The translations under genes and the position numbers were made by a program. The notes under the pieces are model-generated. The model did not search any database. It was given only the letters and a program-made list of their open reading frames with translations, and was not told the DNA's origin. This document shows, one piece after another, positions 1 through 21,052 of a stretch of DNA of 64,000 bases. Origin of the DNA: Eledone cirrhosa (Eukaryota). Location: contig OZ024760.1 in NCBI GenBank assembly GCA_964016885.1, positions 10,726,001 through 10,790,000 on the forward strand, written 5' to 3'. Positions within the stretch are counted from its first letter, which is position 1; each line of letters opens with the position of its first letter.

Positions 1-41
1 TGTTAATATTTTGAATAATGTATATATATATATATAAATAA

Positions 42-511
42 AGGCCGGTTATATGATGCCTGTGTGAGGAACGCGATGCTGCATGGTAGTGAGACATGGG
101 CAGCAACTGCAGAGGATATGCGACGGCTGGAGAGAAATGAGAGGCAAGCATGCTCCTTTGGAAGTGCAATATCAATGTGCGTGAACGACCCAGCATAAAT
201 GTGTTGAGAGAGAGACTGTGTCTGAGAGGGATAGAATGTAGTGTAGGGGAGAGGAGACTGAGGTGGTATGGACATGTGATGCGCATGGAGGATGACCGAA
301 TGGTGAAGAAGTGCCAGGAAATGCCAGTTGAAGGAAGACGTGGTAGAGGTAGACCACGAAAAACATGGGCGGAGGAGGTGAGAACAGACCTCAGATTGCT
401 GAAGTTCACGGTGGAGATGACGAAGGACCGTGACAAGTGGAGAGATGCTGTGCTGAATAAGACCCATCCCACTCTTGCAAGCAGGGAAAAGCGGATGTAA
501 AATGATGATGA
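42..511 (+). mobile_element. RTE-clade LINE 3' fragment (ORF C-terminus plus (ATG)n tail)
   Basis: ORF 150-500 has [12 protein letters not shown]...[12 protein letters not shown]...DRDKWR, typical of the RTE C-terminus; ends in atgatgatg. Confidence 0.9.
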
Positions 512-520
512 TGATATATA

Positions 521-800
521 TCATCATCATTTTACGTCCGCTTTTCCCTGCTTGCAAGGGTTAGACAGGTCTTATTCAGCACAGCATCTCTCCACTTGTC
601 ACGGTCCTTCGTCATCTCCACCGTGAACTTCAGCGATCTGAGGTCTGTTCTCACCACCTCCGCCCATGTTTTTCGTGGTCTACCTCTACTGCGTCTTCCT
701 TCTACTGGGATTTCTTGGCACTTCTTTACCCGGCAGTCATCCTCCATGCGCATCACATGTCCATACCATCTCAGCCTTCTCTCCTGCACACCACAACTTA
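521..800 (-). mobile_element. RTE-clade LINE 3' fragment, tail-to-tail with the previous copy
   Basis: ORF 532-789 is nearly identical to the 150-500 peptide, on the opposite strand. Confidence 0.9.
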
Positions 801-1400
801 TCCCTCTTATATATATATATATGTATATATTATTATACTTTGGGAGGTCATATTGTTGTAATAATATTGCCAGAAATAATAACAGAACACACTCACTGTT
901 TGGTTGGTTTTCGCTTCTGTATCTTTTATATCTCCATAGTTAATTCATTTGGCCATCAATATTTATCACTGGCTGACCAACGGTTAAAAATAGGAAAATC
1001 TGCTTCGTAGAATCGAGATGTATCCAAGGACCGTGCGATTTCAGAGTCAGGTTTGATCACCACATTGATCGTACCTCGAGCTGGTCGCCCGAGAAACAAT
1101 TGTAATATGTCCAATAAATTCCTTTCGTCGCAAACTGATTCTCTTTTTTCTGTGATATATTTATATATATATATATTTATACATATATATATATATATAT
1201 TTATACATATATATATATATATATTTATACATATATATATATATATATATATTTATACATATATATATATATATATATATATAAATATATATTTATATGT
1301 ATATATATTTATATATATATTTATATATATATTTATATATATATATATATATTTATATGATATATTTATATATATATTTATATATATATATATATTTATA

Positions 1401-1667
1401 TCATCATCATCGTTTTACGTCCGTTCCTCCACGCTAGCATGGGTTAAATGGGTTGTCCTGTTGCGGGTTTGGTTGGCTGACCTTGTCTTGCTCATACGGG
1501 AACTGATTCTGGCTTGATTTCTACAGCTGGATGCCCTTCCTAACACCAACCTCATTTACAGTGAGTGCTGGGTGCTTTTTTGCCGTGGCACCTCCACAGC
1601 CACTTTGCAGTGGAATGATAGGGACCCCAGTCCCTATCATCTCATTTCTACAGCTGAGTAAACTGGA
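1401..1667 (-). mobile_element. SINE family A, 5'-truncated copy
   Basis: Matches the body of the full copies at 5002 and 31505 (gatgcccttcctaacaccaacctcatttacagtgagtg). Confidence 0.8.
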
Positions 1668-1789
1668 GATCTTCTGAAACTAAACCTGTTAAGGGTGAAA
1701 GCAGCAATTCTTTGCTTAAACTTTAATCTGTTATTTTAATAAATATTTGCTCTAGGGTTCTTATATATTTGATATATAACATCAACAAA

Positions 1790-4680
1790 TACAACAACAA
1801 CAACAACAAAGGAGGGTACTAGAACAACAACAGCAACAACAAAGGAGGGAACTAGAACCCTATCCAACGGTGTAACCACAAGCCGCTCCCTGAAGAAGAA
1901 CATTTTTCTTTTTTAGCCATGTTGAACCTGGCAAAAGAGATACAGAAAAACATTTTATCCGTCACCCAACACCATCCTTGCTGTCACTAACACACAATCT
2001 CAAAAAAAGCCCCCTGCAACAGTCAAAACCAGCCACCACACTAGCCTCCATCAATGCACAGAAATGGAAGATCCAATTCATTGAGGATTGGGTTGGTAAC
2101 CATCCATTTCACATCCCCTTCTTCATTCTTACTGAGACCCACCTTGACAACTCCCACTTGAAGGCCGAAGTAAGAGTGGGAATTTCATAACCATCCGTGC
2201 GGATCGTGTTGGCAGAAGGCAGGGTGGAACTGCCATTTTCCTGCATGATTCCTTTACGGCAGATGGTAACACAACATTCTCCAATGGCTACTGTGAATCA
2301 GTCACTGTGCACAACAAAGCCAATGACCTGATAGTAGTTGGGCTCTATAGGCCACCCCAAACACCCATAATGCACTTCAAAGAATTCCTCAACAGCATTA
2401 AGTGCTTTATTCAACAGTGCCATTCTAGCAACATACTTTTGATGGGAGACTTTAATCTACCCTGTGTCGATTGGTCTACATGTAGTTTGAAACCAGGCCC
2501 CACAGACTCAACCACTGACAAAGAAGCAGTCGAGTCACTTCTTGACTTTATGAATGAGTTTTTATTGTCCCAACTTGTCCTTGCACCAACAAGGCATCAG
2601 AGGAACATTCTGGACCTAATGTTTGGTAACCACACTAACACTATACATAATATTACAGTAGAAAAAAACCTTTCTCTCAGACCATGACATGGTTCTTTGT
2701 CACCTGAGATTCCACCAGCCGAAAGTTAATCCTAGGGACCTCTTTCCAGCCCACCCATTTGATAACATGGATCTCTATGATGCCAACTGGGATGCAATCA
2801 TGAACGAGCTATGTTGACTGGTCTTTTACACACACACTCATTTTCACCAACATCAAAACATCTTGGCGGTTCTTTGTAGACACTGTCACAAATATATGTG
2901 CAAAACACGCCCCACCAAAACCTGTGAACAAAACTAAGTGCAGTATCCCCCAAAACAGAAAAACAATTATCAGAAAAATAAAAAGAACAAGCAAAAAAAT
3001 TAACACACTAAAATACTGCCAACAGCAACACACATTTGACAGCTATCGTCCTGCTTAATAAATATAACCTCCAACAATGCATGAAGACCATCATCAATAA
3101 CCAAAGAACAGCTGAGGAGAAATGGGCCATTGAGAAAATCAAACTCAACCCCAAAGTGTTCTTTTCACTTGCTAAAAAACGCAAGGTCTCTCTCCACTGT
3201 TAGCCCCCTAGTTGATGAAAATGACACACTCCAAGATAATACCAAAACCATGGGTGAGATACAGCAGAAACAATACCGCTTTGTTTTCAGCAATCCTGAT
3301 ATGGCCGATCTGGGCCGTATCAGTGATGTTAATCCCCAACACACTATATCGGACGTAACGTTTGACGCCACTGATGTCTTAGCGGCAATAAATGAAATTA
3401 AACACAATTCAGCAGTAGGCCCCGACAGGTTCTCTGTTTGTGTCCTGAAGGTGTGTAAACACCAACTTGCATCTCTTGCTAATCTGTGGAGGAACTCACT
3501 GGATGCTGGCTATATTCCTGAAAACTTTCTGATCTCACTCACCTCTCATATCATCAAGGTATTTGAGAGGGTGGTGAGATCACGAATAACACGAAAGCAA
3601 CGGCCTGCTGAACTCCAACCAACGTGGGTTCCGTAATGGAAGGGACTGTCTAACGCAGCTCCTGCATCATTTTGACGATGTTTTGAGAGCCTTGGGAGAG
3701 GGCTCCAACACTGATGTCATCTACCTTGATTTCAGCAAGGCCTTTGACAGGGTTGATCATAAGATTCTATTGAAAGTATTATCCAATATTGGTGTCTCTG
3801 GAAAGTTACTACAGTGGATCAAATGTTTCCTGACAGACAGAACCTAACATGTTGTAGTCGAAGGACTAACATCAAGCCCAACCAAAGTCACCAGTGGCGT
3901 CCCACTTTCTTTTCATCATCTACATTAATGACATTACTGACATCATCAAGCACAGCAACATAAGAATCTTCATAGATGATTCCAAGCTCCAAAGGGTCAT
4001 CAATGAGGTAGGTGACCGGACTTGCCTTCAGTCAGACCTACTGGCTGTTATCCAATGGGCAGAAAAGAACAATATGCTGTTGAATGAGGATAAGTTTGAA
4101 TTAATCCACTTTGGAAAAAAGGATGTCCTGAAACTGCCATACTCTCTTCCTTCAGGTGAAACTCTCATGGCATCCAACAACATCAGAGAGCTGGGAGTAA
4201 TTGTGGACAACAACATAAGCTGGGCCACTCATATAAACAGCAAAGTTGATATGGCCCGCAGAATGTGTTCCTGGATTCTCAGAACCTTCCAGTCGAGAGA
4301 TATCCACACTGTTATCCTTTTCTTCTCCACTTTTGCCCAACCCCACCTTGAATACTTTTGTCCACTGTGGTCTCCCCACACAAAACAAAGTATCATGAAA
4401 GTTGAAGCACCCCAAAGATCAATTACAAAAAAGATAGATGGCATGACAGGCCTTGACAATTGGAGTCGATTAGAAAAACTCAACCATTATTCTCTCCAAC
4501 GTCGCCGTGAGCGCTACATTATCTTCATGATGTGGAAAATATTCCATCAGATTTTCCCAAATGATGTTGGCATCACCTTTAAGGTACACCCAAGGTTTGG
4601 ACCCCGTGCTATCCGCCCATAACAAAAATCTCACTCGCATTTTATAACAACAATATAACACAATTATTTCACCTCAATTG
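1790..4680 (+). mobile_element. Decayed CR1/L2/Jockey-group LINE (AP endonuclease plus reverse transcriptase, frameshifted)
   Basis: APE motifs ILTETHL, GLYRPP, LMGDFNLP, ILDL. RT motifs DVIYLDFSKAFDRVDH (~3713-3760), FIIYIND, FIDDSKL. C-terminal LEYFCPLWSP and SLQRRRER. Multiple stops and frameshifts. Confidence 0.9.
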
Positions 4681-5001
4681 TGTTGATTTCTTAAAGATAG
4701 GTGTTAATTTTTATATCTACAAAATTATGTTCAAATAGTATGTGTAACGGCTTGTACAATTGGGAAAAACCATATCTATATATATATATGCGTGTATGTG
4801 ACTTGTAAACTGTGTTAAAAATTCTACGTATCAACCACGAGATTTCCATTATCTCTACACGTGCTGAATGCTGTGAAAATCTTTACTGTGTGTGGATTTC
4901 TTAAGGATAGGTGTTCATTTTTTATATCTCCAAAATTATATTCAAATAGTATGTGTAATGGCTTGTACGATTGTGAAAGCTATATTTATATATATATATA
5001 T

Positions 5002-5361
5002 GGAGGCACATGGCTTAGTGGCACATTAGAGGCACATGGCTTAGTGGTTAGAGCATTGACCTTGCAATCGAAAGGTTGTGAGTTCAATTCTCAGACCGGG
5101 TGATGTGTTGTTTCCTTGAGCAAGACACTTTATTTCACATTGCTCCAGTTTACTCAGCTGTAGAAATGAAATGATAGGGACTGGGGTCCCTATCATTCCA
5201 CTGTAAAGTGGTCGTGGTGGTGGCATGGCAAAAAAGCACCCAGCACTCACTGTAAATGAGGTTGGTGTTAGGAAGGGCATCCAGCTGTAGAAATCAAGCC
5301 AGAATCAGTTCCCGTCCCACCCTTGCAAGCAGGGAAAAGCGGACGTAAAATGATGATGATG
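5002..5361 (+). mobile_element. SINE family A: tRNA-derived head, CORE-like body, RTE-derived tail
   Basis: A box tggcttagtggttagagc; B box gagttcaattctc; CORE-like ccttgagcaagacactt...cagtttactcagctgtagaaatg; tail cccacccttgcaagcagggaaaagcggacgtaaaatgatg matches the RTE 3' ends in this window. Confidence 0.85.
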
Positions 5362-5659
5362 ATATATATGTGTATGTGACTTGTAAACTGTGTTAAAAAT
5401 TTGTATGTATCATTCAATATGGTTCTCACCATCCCACTTTCACCACATTCGGTATACATGCCTGACGCTGTATGATAACCACTCCCTCCTGAATATATCA
5501 TAGAACAGACAAGGGTTGGACGGAGGCTCCGTAAGCTGTAATGTAGGCAACCCGTCTAGGAGAGCTACCACTCCGAATAAATTGGGGCGGAGTAGAGAAG
5601 CCCCCTAAGTCCAGTAAAACAACCTCTCTAGTGCTGGTGGCACGAATAAGAGCACCCAG

Positions 5660-9325
<3,666 letters not shown>

Positions 9326-9329
<4 letters not shown>

Positions 9330-11680
9330 CATCATCATCATTTTATGTCCGCTTTTCCCTGCTTGCAAGGGTGGGACGGGTCTTATTCAGCACAGCATCT
9401 CTCCACTCGTCACGGTCCTTCGTCATCTCCACCGTGAGCTTCAATGATCTGAGGTCTGTTCTCACCACCTCCGCCCATGTTTTTCGTGGTCTACCTCTAC
9501 CACGTCTTCCTTCAACTGGCATTTCCTGGCACTTCTTCACTCATCGGTCATCCTCCATGCGCATCACATGTCCATACCACCTGTCTCCTCTCCCGTATAC
9601 TACATTCTATCCCTCTCAGACACAGTTTCTCTCTCAACACATTGATGCTAGGTCGTTCATGCACATTTACTCTGCACATCCAACGGAGCATGCTTGCCTC
9701 ATTTCTCTCCAGCCATCGCATATCCTCTGCAGTTGCTGCCCATGTCTCACTACCATGCAGCATCGCGCTCCTCACACAGGCATCATACAACCGGCCTTTC
9801 TTACGCAGGGAGAAACCCTTCTTCGTCAACAGAGGAAACAGCTCCCTAAACTTCTTCCAACCCATCCTTATTCTAGATACTATGGCCTCGGAACACCCTC
9901 CTCCCATGCTAATCTGATCTCCTAGGTACCGGAAGCTATCCACCACTTCTATAGCGCATTTGAAAAATGTGTCTATCCTGCATTTGAAAAATGTGTCTAT
10001 CAATGCGACTTCTACTGTCTAATTTCCCTGTACATCTACTGCATACATATTTCTCCCTACCTGTTAGTTTTCCTGCTATCCTGCTACATCTCTTGTGTAC
10101 CCAGGATCTGCATTATGTGAATTTTATAGAATTTATGCCAGTTCCTTTTCTGCATATCGAACATGGCCATTTCCCTGACGGAATCAGGGTTTTGTCCTCT
10201 TTTCTACTCATCAACACTTTTGTCTTAGCTAGGTTCACTCTCAGTCCTCTTGCTTCCAACTGCTGTTTCCATAGCCAGAATTTATTCTCTAGCTCCTCTA
10301 CTGATTCTGCTATAAGAAGTTCCCATGGACAGCCAGTCTTAAACTCCTCTGTTATGGCTTGGAGGACTATAATGAACAAGAGCGGGCTGAGGACCAAACC
10401 CTGATGTACTCCTACTTGTATCTGGAATTCCTCACTAAACGCCATTCCTACTCTGACTTTACTGACAGTACCTCTGTACAAAGTTTGCACTGTCCTCACA
10501 AGCCATTCCTCAACACCTAGCTTCCTTAGGGACCAGATGACAGATCGGGGTACCCTATCAAAGGCCTTCTCTAGGTCAACAAAGGCTAAGTATAGTGGCT
10601 TATTCTTCTCTAAGAACCTCTCTTGCAATTGTCTCACCAATAAGAGGGCATCTGTTGTACTCTTCCCAGGCACAAAACCAAACTGCATCTCATCTAGTTT
10701 GACCCTTTCTCTAATTAGTTGTGCTAAAATCCTTTCTGCCACTTTCATAACCTGATCTATCAGTTTTATACCCTTATAATTGCTCCTCTCCAGAGCATCC
10801 CCTTTTCCTTTGTAGCAATTTATGAGAATACTGCTGCACCAGTCTTTGGGTATGAACCGCCATATATAGCCTGATTGACGATGCGTGCAACCAGTTTAGT
10901 GCCTACATCCCTTGATGCCTTCAGCATCTCAGCAACTATTCCCAATGGTCCAGCAGCCTTACCATTTTTCATCTCTCTCTCCCATTCGTTCTTCACATTC
11001 ATCAGTCTCTCATAATGACATTTCCAGGCCTCCTTTTTCTGATTATTCGTGACACTAAGTACACCGGCATCATCCCGGACACATTTATCTCCAACAACAT
11101 CCTGATTTGCATTGACACACTGCCTTGCAATGTGGAACACCGCACGCCTCTGATCTTCCCATCGCAGAACATTGGCAAACCTCCTACTCTCTGCCTCCCT
11201 GCGTGCTAAGTCCACCTGACGTCTAGCTTCTCTCTTAGTGGCTGTATATTCTTCCCTACTCCCACCCTTTTTCCAAGCCTTCCATGCTAGTCTTTTGTCT
11301 CTAATAGCCTTATCTACTGTGCTGTTCCACCACCAGGTCACTCTCTGTCTGGTTGGAGCTCTGCTGCAGCCACAAGTTTCATCAGTAGCCTGCAGCAAGT
11401 TGTCACGTAAGAAATTCCAGTTATTATCTATGTCATACGTCTCTAAATCGTCTTCTTTTTCGTCATATACATCTTGAAGGGCTTTCCTAAATTTGTATTT
11501 TAGTGAAAGGTCTTTTAGCTTCCAGAGTTTTCTTCTCCACACCTTCCTATATGTCTCATTCCATCTCTTGCTTACTGAGCATTCTTCCCCAGGGTATGCC
11601 TTGGTATTAGACACTATCTGCCTGTCCCGCTGCCTCTTCATATGGATTGGACACTGCCGTAAACTTTTGGTAGATTTATC
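9326..11680 (-). mobile_element. RTE-clade LINE, 5'-truncated, with a disrupted RT
   Basis: Motifs QFGFVPGKSTTDA, YLAFVDLEKAFDRVPR, GVHQGLVLSPLLF, FRYLG, followed by the RTE C-terminus and (ATG)n tail; deletions and frameshifts. Confidence 0.92.
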
Positions 11681-15268
<3,588 letters not shown>

Positions 15269-15322
15269 CGTTTCTGAATTTGTTTAGCAAGATTCTTTAT
15301 CTGAAATCGTGTGTTGAAACCG

Positions 15323-15851
15323 ATATTGTTATACTTTGGGAGGGTCATGTTGCCAATAAGAAACACACGCACCAGTTGCTTTCACTTCAATTTAATTTAA
15401 TATATATTTATAAATTTACAAATTTATAAATTTCTGGTTGGTTGGTTGGTTCCACAACCAGATAGTTGTTTATATATATATAGTCATAGTTCTTTCGTCA
15501 CACACTCTGTGACCTCTTCAGTGACTGGGGATTTCTTTCTTCGTTTCTGTGCCTTTCCTTTCTTCTATCCTACGCCATTTTGTTTGTCAAACAAAATGGC
15601 GTAGGATAGAAGAAAGGAAAGGCACAGAAACGAAGAAAGAAATCCCCAGTCACTGAAGAGGTCACAGAGTGTGTGACGAAAGAACTATGACTATATATAT
15701 ATAAACAACTATCTGGTTGTGGAACCAACCAACCAACCAGAAATTTATAAATTTGTAAATTTATAAATATATATTAAATTAAATTGAAGTGAAAGCAACT
15801 GGTGCGTGTGTTTCTTATTGGCAACATGACCCTCCCAAAGTATAACAATAT
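15323..15851. repeat. Essentially perfect 529-bp palindrome (264-bp arms, 1-nt centre at 15587)
   Basis: Centre ...ccattttgtttg-t-caaacaaaatgg...; ends atattgttatactttggg / cccaaagtataacaatat. Confidence 0.95.
15648..15692 (+). ncRNA. Minimal type I hammerhead ribozyme motif (mirror copy at 15482-15526, - strand)
   Basis: AGTCA-CTGAAGA-G-GTCACA gagtg TGTGAC-GAAA-GaaC-TA-TGACT: 5-bp stem I, 6-bp stem II, short stem III, CUA triplet. Confidence 0.7.
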
Positions 15852-15876
15852 ATACATATATATATACATATATATA

Positions 15877-15950
<74 letters not shown>

Positions 15951-16170
15951 ACCAAAAGTTTAACATGGTTCATTGATTAATCAATGAATATAGTTTTACA
16001 ATAGATTAGAAGCACTCAACAGTTAAGTTTTCTGAAGTTATTAATATTACTTCAAAACATTAATAAATATAGACATTCATGTAATCAAATATATTTTATT
16101 ATACATATTTCGGAGGTACGGAGCTGTTGATGATCCATCAGCACAGTTGAGGAATGTCAGACATCAATTT

Positions 16171-16234
16171 ATTTCATCTGATGAGGACGTACAGATGAAA
16201 CAGCTCAGTACCTCTGAAATATGTATAATAAAAT
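16171..16234 (+). ncRNA. Type I hammerhead motif inside the inverted-repeat element 15948-16275
   Basis: ATTTCAT-CTGATGA-GGA C GTAC...GTAC C TCT-GAAA-TATGTAT-A-ATAAAAT. Confidence 0.6.
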
Positions 16235-16270
16235 ATCACACGAATGTCTATATTTATTAATATTTTAAAG

Positions 16271-16334
<64 letters not shown>

Positions 16335-16618
16335 ATACATACTTTAGAATGTGAGTTTAAAAACCGTGGTATTTAAACCAATTATCTGATTAAGCACTCA
16401 ATACTGTTGAGCAGTGTAGAAATATATTTCGTAAGTAGGAAAGTGGCATTCACTTCGAAGTGTATGTATATGTTAATGAGAGTGTAAGATTGTATATATC
16501 GTGTTGTGTATATGTGTGTTTCTCTCAATATATATATATGTGTGTGTGTGTTAATGAGAGTATTTATTTTATGTGTGTATGTATGTATATATATATATTC
16601 AGGTTTGAGGTTCACCAC

Positions 16619-16658
<40 letters not shown>

Positions 16659-16818
16659 TATATATATATATATATATATATATACGTATGTATATATATA
16701 TGTGTATGTTTATATACGTATGTATATATGTATGTTTATATATATATATATATAGATGTATATGTAAATATATATGTATCTCCCTCTCTCTATATATATA
16801 TATATGTATATATATATG

Positions 16819-16879
<61 letters not shown>

Positions 16880-16898
16880 GTATATATATATGTATATA

Positions 16899-16967
<69 letters not shown>

Positions 16968-17029
16968 ATATATATATGTATATATAATAAGGGGTGACGG
17001 ACCCAGCATACGAGTATTTATCAATGCCA

Positions 17030-17161
<132 letters not shown>

Positions 17162-17371
17162 TTATATATAAATATATGTGTGTGTGTTTCGATACGCGCG
17201 CGTTTCTCGTTTCTCCTTTGCTGTTGTTATTGTTTTCTTCTGTCTTCCCTTTGTTTCTCTTTCTCTTTCTTTCTAACTTTCTCTCTTTCTTTCCTAGGTT
17301 GACCTTAAATCGCCGCAGCTGTCCAAGTGTAATATCTCTGTCTACATCCTACAGTACCATTTCCTCTTGTG

Positions 17372-18647
17372 ATGGATACTACCAACCACTCGCTTCTGAA
17401 AACACATTCTCCTCCACATCTTGCTGGCCACAGCGCCGTGACAGTTGCCAACCCAGTTGCTTCCTACAGTTGCAGTGTCGGAGTTTGTGGCACTGAAAGC
17501 ACCACTCAGCCTGGCTCTCATCTAACCACCACCACCACCACCACCACCACCAGCAGCAGCACCACTACCACCACAAGCACCAGCACCACCAGCACCACCA
17601 CCACCACTACAGCCACAGCCACTTCAGCTACCACTACAACTACTGCGACCTTACCAGACAGCAACAGCAACGGCAGTGATAATAATGCCCTGCCTTTCCA
17701 CACAACTAACCACTCTTCTACCTGCATTCATTCGCCTCACATGGACCAACAAGGTCAGCATAATGACAAGACGGAGTCTTTAACCAACTCGAGGCCTTTA
17801 CCGTTAGCTACTGACATAGTAGAAAAGCCGCACCACAAATGCCAACAACAAAAGCAACAACCGCAGCAATCACAACCACTACTATTACAGCAGCAGCAAC
17901 AACAACAGCAAACCGATCACAATCAACACCATTATTACTATCATCAACCTAATATCAGTTCTCAGCCATCACCTTCTCCAATGTCTCATGGTTTAATCTG
18001 TCCAACTCAAGGACCGTTTTATTTTAATGTATCTCCCTCTACTACCGTAACTACCTCGGCCACTAATACCAATGCTGCTACTTCGGTAATTAAACAAATC
18101 TCAAATAATGAAGACAGCCAAAACGATGAAGTTTTCCTCAACGGAGTTGTTCTTCCATCCAGCGAAACAGCCTCTTCATCTGTCAACAACAAAAAACCTT
18201 CTTCAACTTCTCAACAGCCACCATCGCTGTCCAACTATGATAGAGTCGGCAGTGATGTCTCCACATCGTCGTTTGTATCACGGAAGGACAGTGCCACATC
18301 AAACGAATCTTATCCGCAGCTTTTCGACTGCTATCGTTACCCCACGGGGGTTAACGGTAGCCCTGGTGAGGCGGACAACAACACCACCACCACCACCACC
18401 ACCCCCACCTCTACAGAGGTAGAAACACAGGTGGAAATGGACCCTACCAACCCCAACTTATTACAACCACCACCACTAGCTACCTGTTCGTCTTGTAGTA
18501 CTCAAGAAGAACCGTCTGAAGAAGAAGGTGAGATTCTACCGACTCTGCCCCGAAGAAGCAGCATTATCAAAAATAGCAGCCGTAAATCTTTGAGAAAGAA
18601 AACTGTGTCTTTTAGCAGTATGCCGACCGAGAAAACTATCACGACGG
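17372..18647 (+). CDS. PLCL: Phospholipase C-like (PRIP/PLCL) protein, first coding exon (exon 17298-18647)
   Basis: Ends in RRSSIIK...[14 protein letters not shown], which I recognise as the PLCL1/2 N-terminal PP1-binding region. Polypyrimidine tract plus AG at 17296-97; in-frame TAA at 17330 before ATG 17372; donor G|gtaagt at 18648 (phase 1). Confidence 0.92.
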
Positions 18648-18739
18648 GTAAGTGTAATTATAAGCCAACCGTAGTTCTGGTATCACCCACCCACACACAC
18701 ACATACATGTTTAATAAAATCCCGTAATTCTAGGCTCAT

Positions 18740-18894
18740 GAACACACACACACACATACATAAATACACACATACACATAAGCACACATACATAAACACA
18801 CACACACACGCATATATATATATATATATATATACACTCATACAGATCTTTAATGGAATCCCGTAATTTATTCACGATACACTATCAACACCCA

Positions 18895-18935
<41 letters not shown>

Positions 18936-19569
18936 ATACACGCACCCACACACAGACATACACAGTCATACAAACACACATATATACAAACACAGATACA
19001 CACACAAACACACATATATATACAAACACAGATACACACACAAACACACATATATACAGTCACAGATACACACACAAACACACAGATATACACACAAACA
19101 GACATACATATACACACACAAACACATATATACACACAAACACATACATACACACAAACACACATATATACAAACACAGATACACACACAAACACACAGA
19201 TATACAAACACAGATACACACACAAACACACAGATATACACACAAACAGACATACATATACACACACAAACACATATATACACACAAACACATACATACA
19301 CACAAACACACATATATACAAACACAGATACACACACAAACACACAGATATACAAACACAGATACACACACAAACACACAGATATACACACAAACAGACA
19401 TACATATACACACACAAACACATATATACACACAAACACATACATACACAGACACACACACAGATATACACACAAACAGACATACATACACATACACACA
19501 CACAGATACACTGACACACACACAAACACACAGATACACACACAAACAGACACACACAGAGATACACTG

Positions 19570-19600
<31 letters not shown>

Positions 19601-20340
19601 TACACACACACACACAGCCGACCCAACCTCTCTCTCGGTCGGGTAAGTTAAAGGTTATTCTGTGATCAGACATAATTTCCAAATACTCCAAATACCCGAA
19701 TCAATTGCCTGCTTTATGCTTCTCAGTGGCAACAATACACCACTGTCTCTCTCTCTCTTTGTCTCACTCTGTCACAGTCTCTCTGTCTCTCTCTATCTCT
19801 CTCTGTCTCAGTCTCTATGTCTCTCTCAGTCTCAGTCTATCTATCTCTGTCTCTCTCTGTCTTTGTCTCTCTCTCTCTCAGTCTCTCTCTGTGTCTCTCA
19901 GTGTCAGTCTCTCTCTATCTCTCTCTGTCTTTGTCTCTCTCAGTCTCAGTCTCTCTCTATCTCTCTCTCAGTCTCCATGTCTCGCTCTATCTCTCTCTGT
20001 CTCAGTCTCTATGCCCCTCTCTCTGTCTCTCTCAGTCTATCTCTCTCTGTCTTTGTCTCTCTCTCAGTCTCAGTCTCTCTCTATCTCTCTCTGTCTTTGT
20101 CTCTCTCTCAGTCTCAGTCTCTCTCTATCTCTCTCTGTCTCTCTCTCTCAGTCTCAGTCTCTCTCTGTCTTTGTCTCAGTCTCAGTCTCTCTCTATCTCT
20201 CTCTGTCTCTCTCTCAGTCTCTCTCTATCTCTCTCTGTTTTTGTCTCGCTATCTCTCTCAGTCTCTCGCTATCTCTCTCAGTCTCTCGTTATCTCTCTCA
20301 GTATCTCTCTCTGTCTCTCTTCCCCTCTCGCTCTGTTGTA
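18740..20340. repeat. CA-rich then CT-rich compound microsatellite/minisatellite blocks
   Basis: CA-rich units 18950-19615; (CT)n/(CTCAGT)n 19745-20340. Confidence 0.95.
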
Positions 20341-20434
20341 CTAGTCTCTCTCCAGCTACCAAACTCTTGACACATTATGTGTATTTATGTTGGATTAAGC
20401 ATACAGCTGGGATATATCGTGTATAAATTGTTAC

Positions 20435-20478
<44 letters not shown>

Positions 20479-20511
20479 ACACATATATATATACACACAC
20501 ACATATATACA

Positions 20512-20565
<54 letters not shown>

Positions 20566-20644
20566 GAATTTCGTTTAGCTTACGTTATTTAGTTATTTAA
20601 ACTTTCATTAATAAAGAGTTGTTCGGTTCCGCTCCCACCTTACA

Positions 20645-20680
<36 letters not shown>

Positions 20681-21002
20681 TGTATATATATATGTATGTA
20701 TATATATATATATATATATAATCACACCGACCGACTTGCTCATTTATGTAAATATATGTATGTAGTTGCAGTCATACGTCTATTCGATGTGTATGTGTGT
20801 GTGTATGTGTGTGTGTGTGCAGTGAAACAATCACACACAGACAACAATATATATAATAAAAGCAGCATAGACATATATATATATATATATATATACACAC
20901 ATTTGTAAAGGTCAACATACATGTAAACATGTTCATATGTAAAGATAATAGCTACGATAGTGTTTAAATGGGCTACTAATTATATACGATTATGTGTGTG
21001 AC

Positions 21003-21052
<50 letters not shown>

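Noticed and set aside
18648-18727. ORF-track extension of the PLCL exon to 18727
   Set aside because: Similarity stops at the gtaagt donor and resumes in phase at 63870.
18853-20426. HT-, CV- and SL-repeat ORFs
   Set aside because: These are (CA)n and (CT)n microsatellite translations downstream of a clear splice donor.
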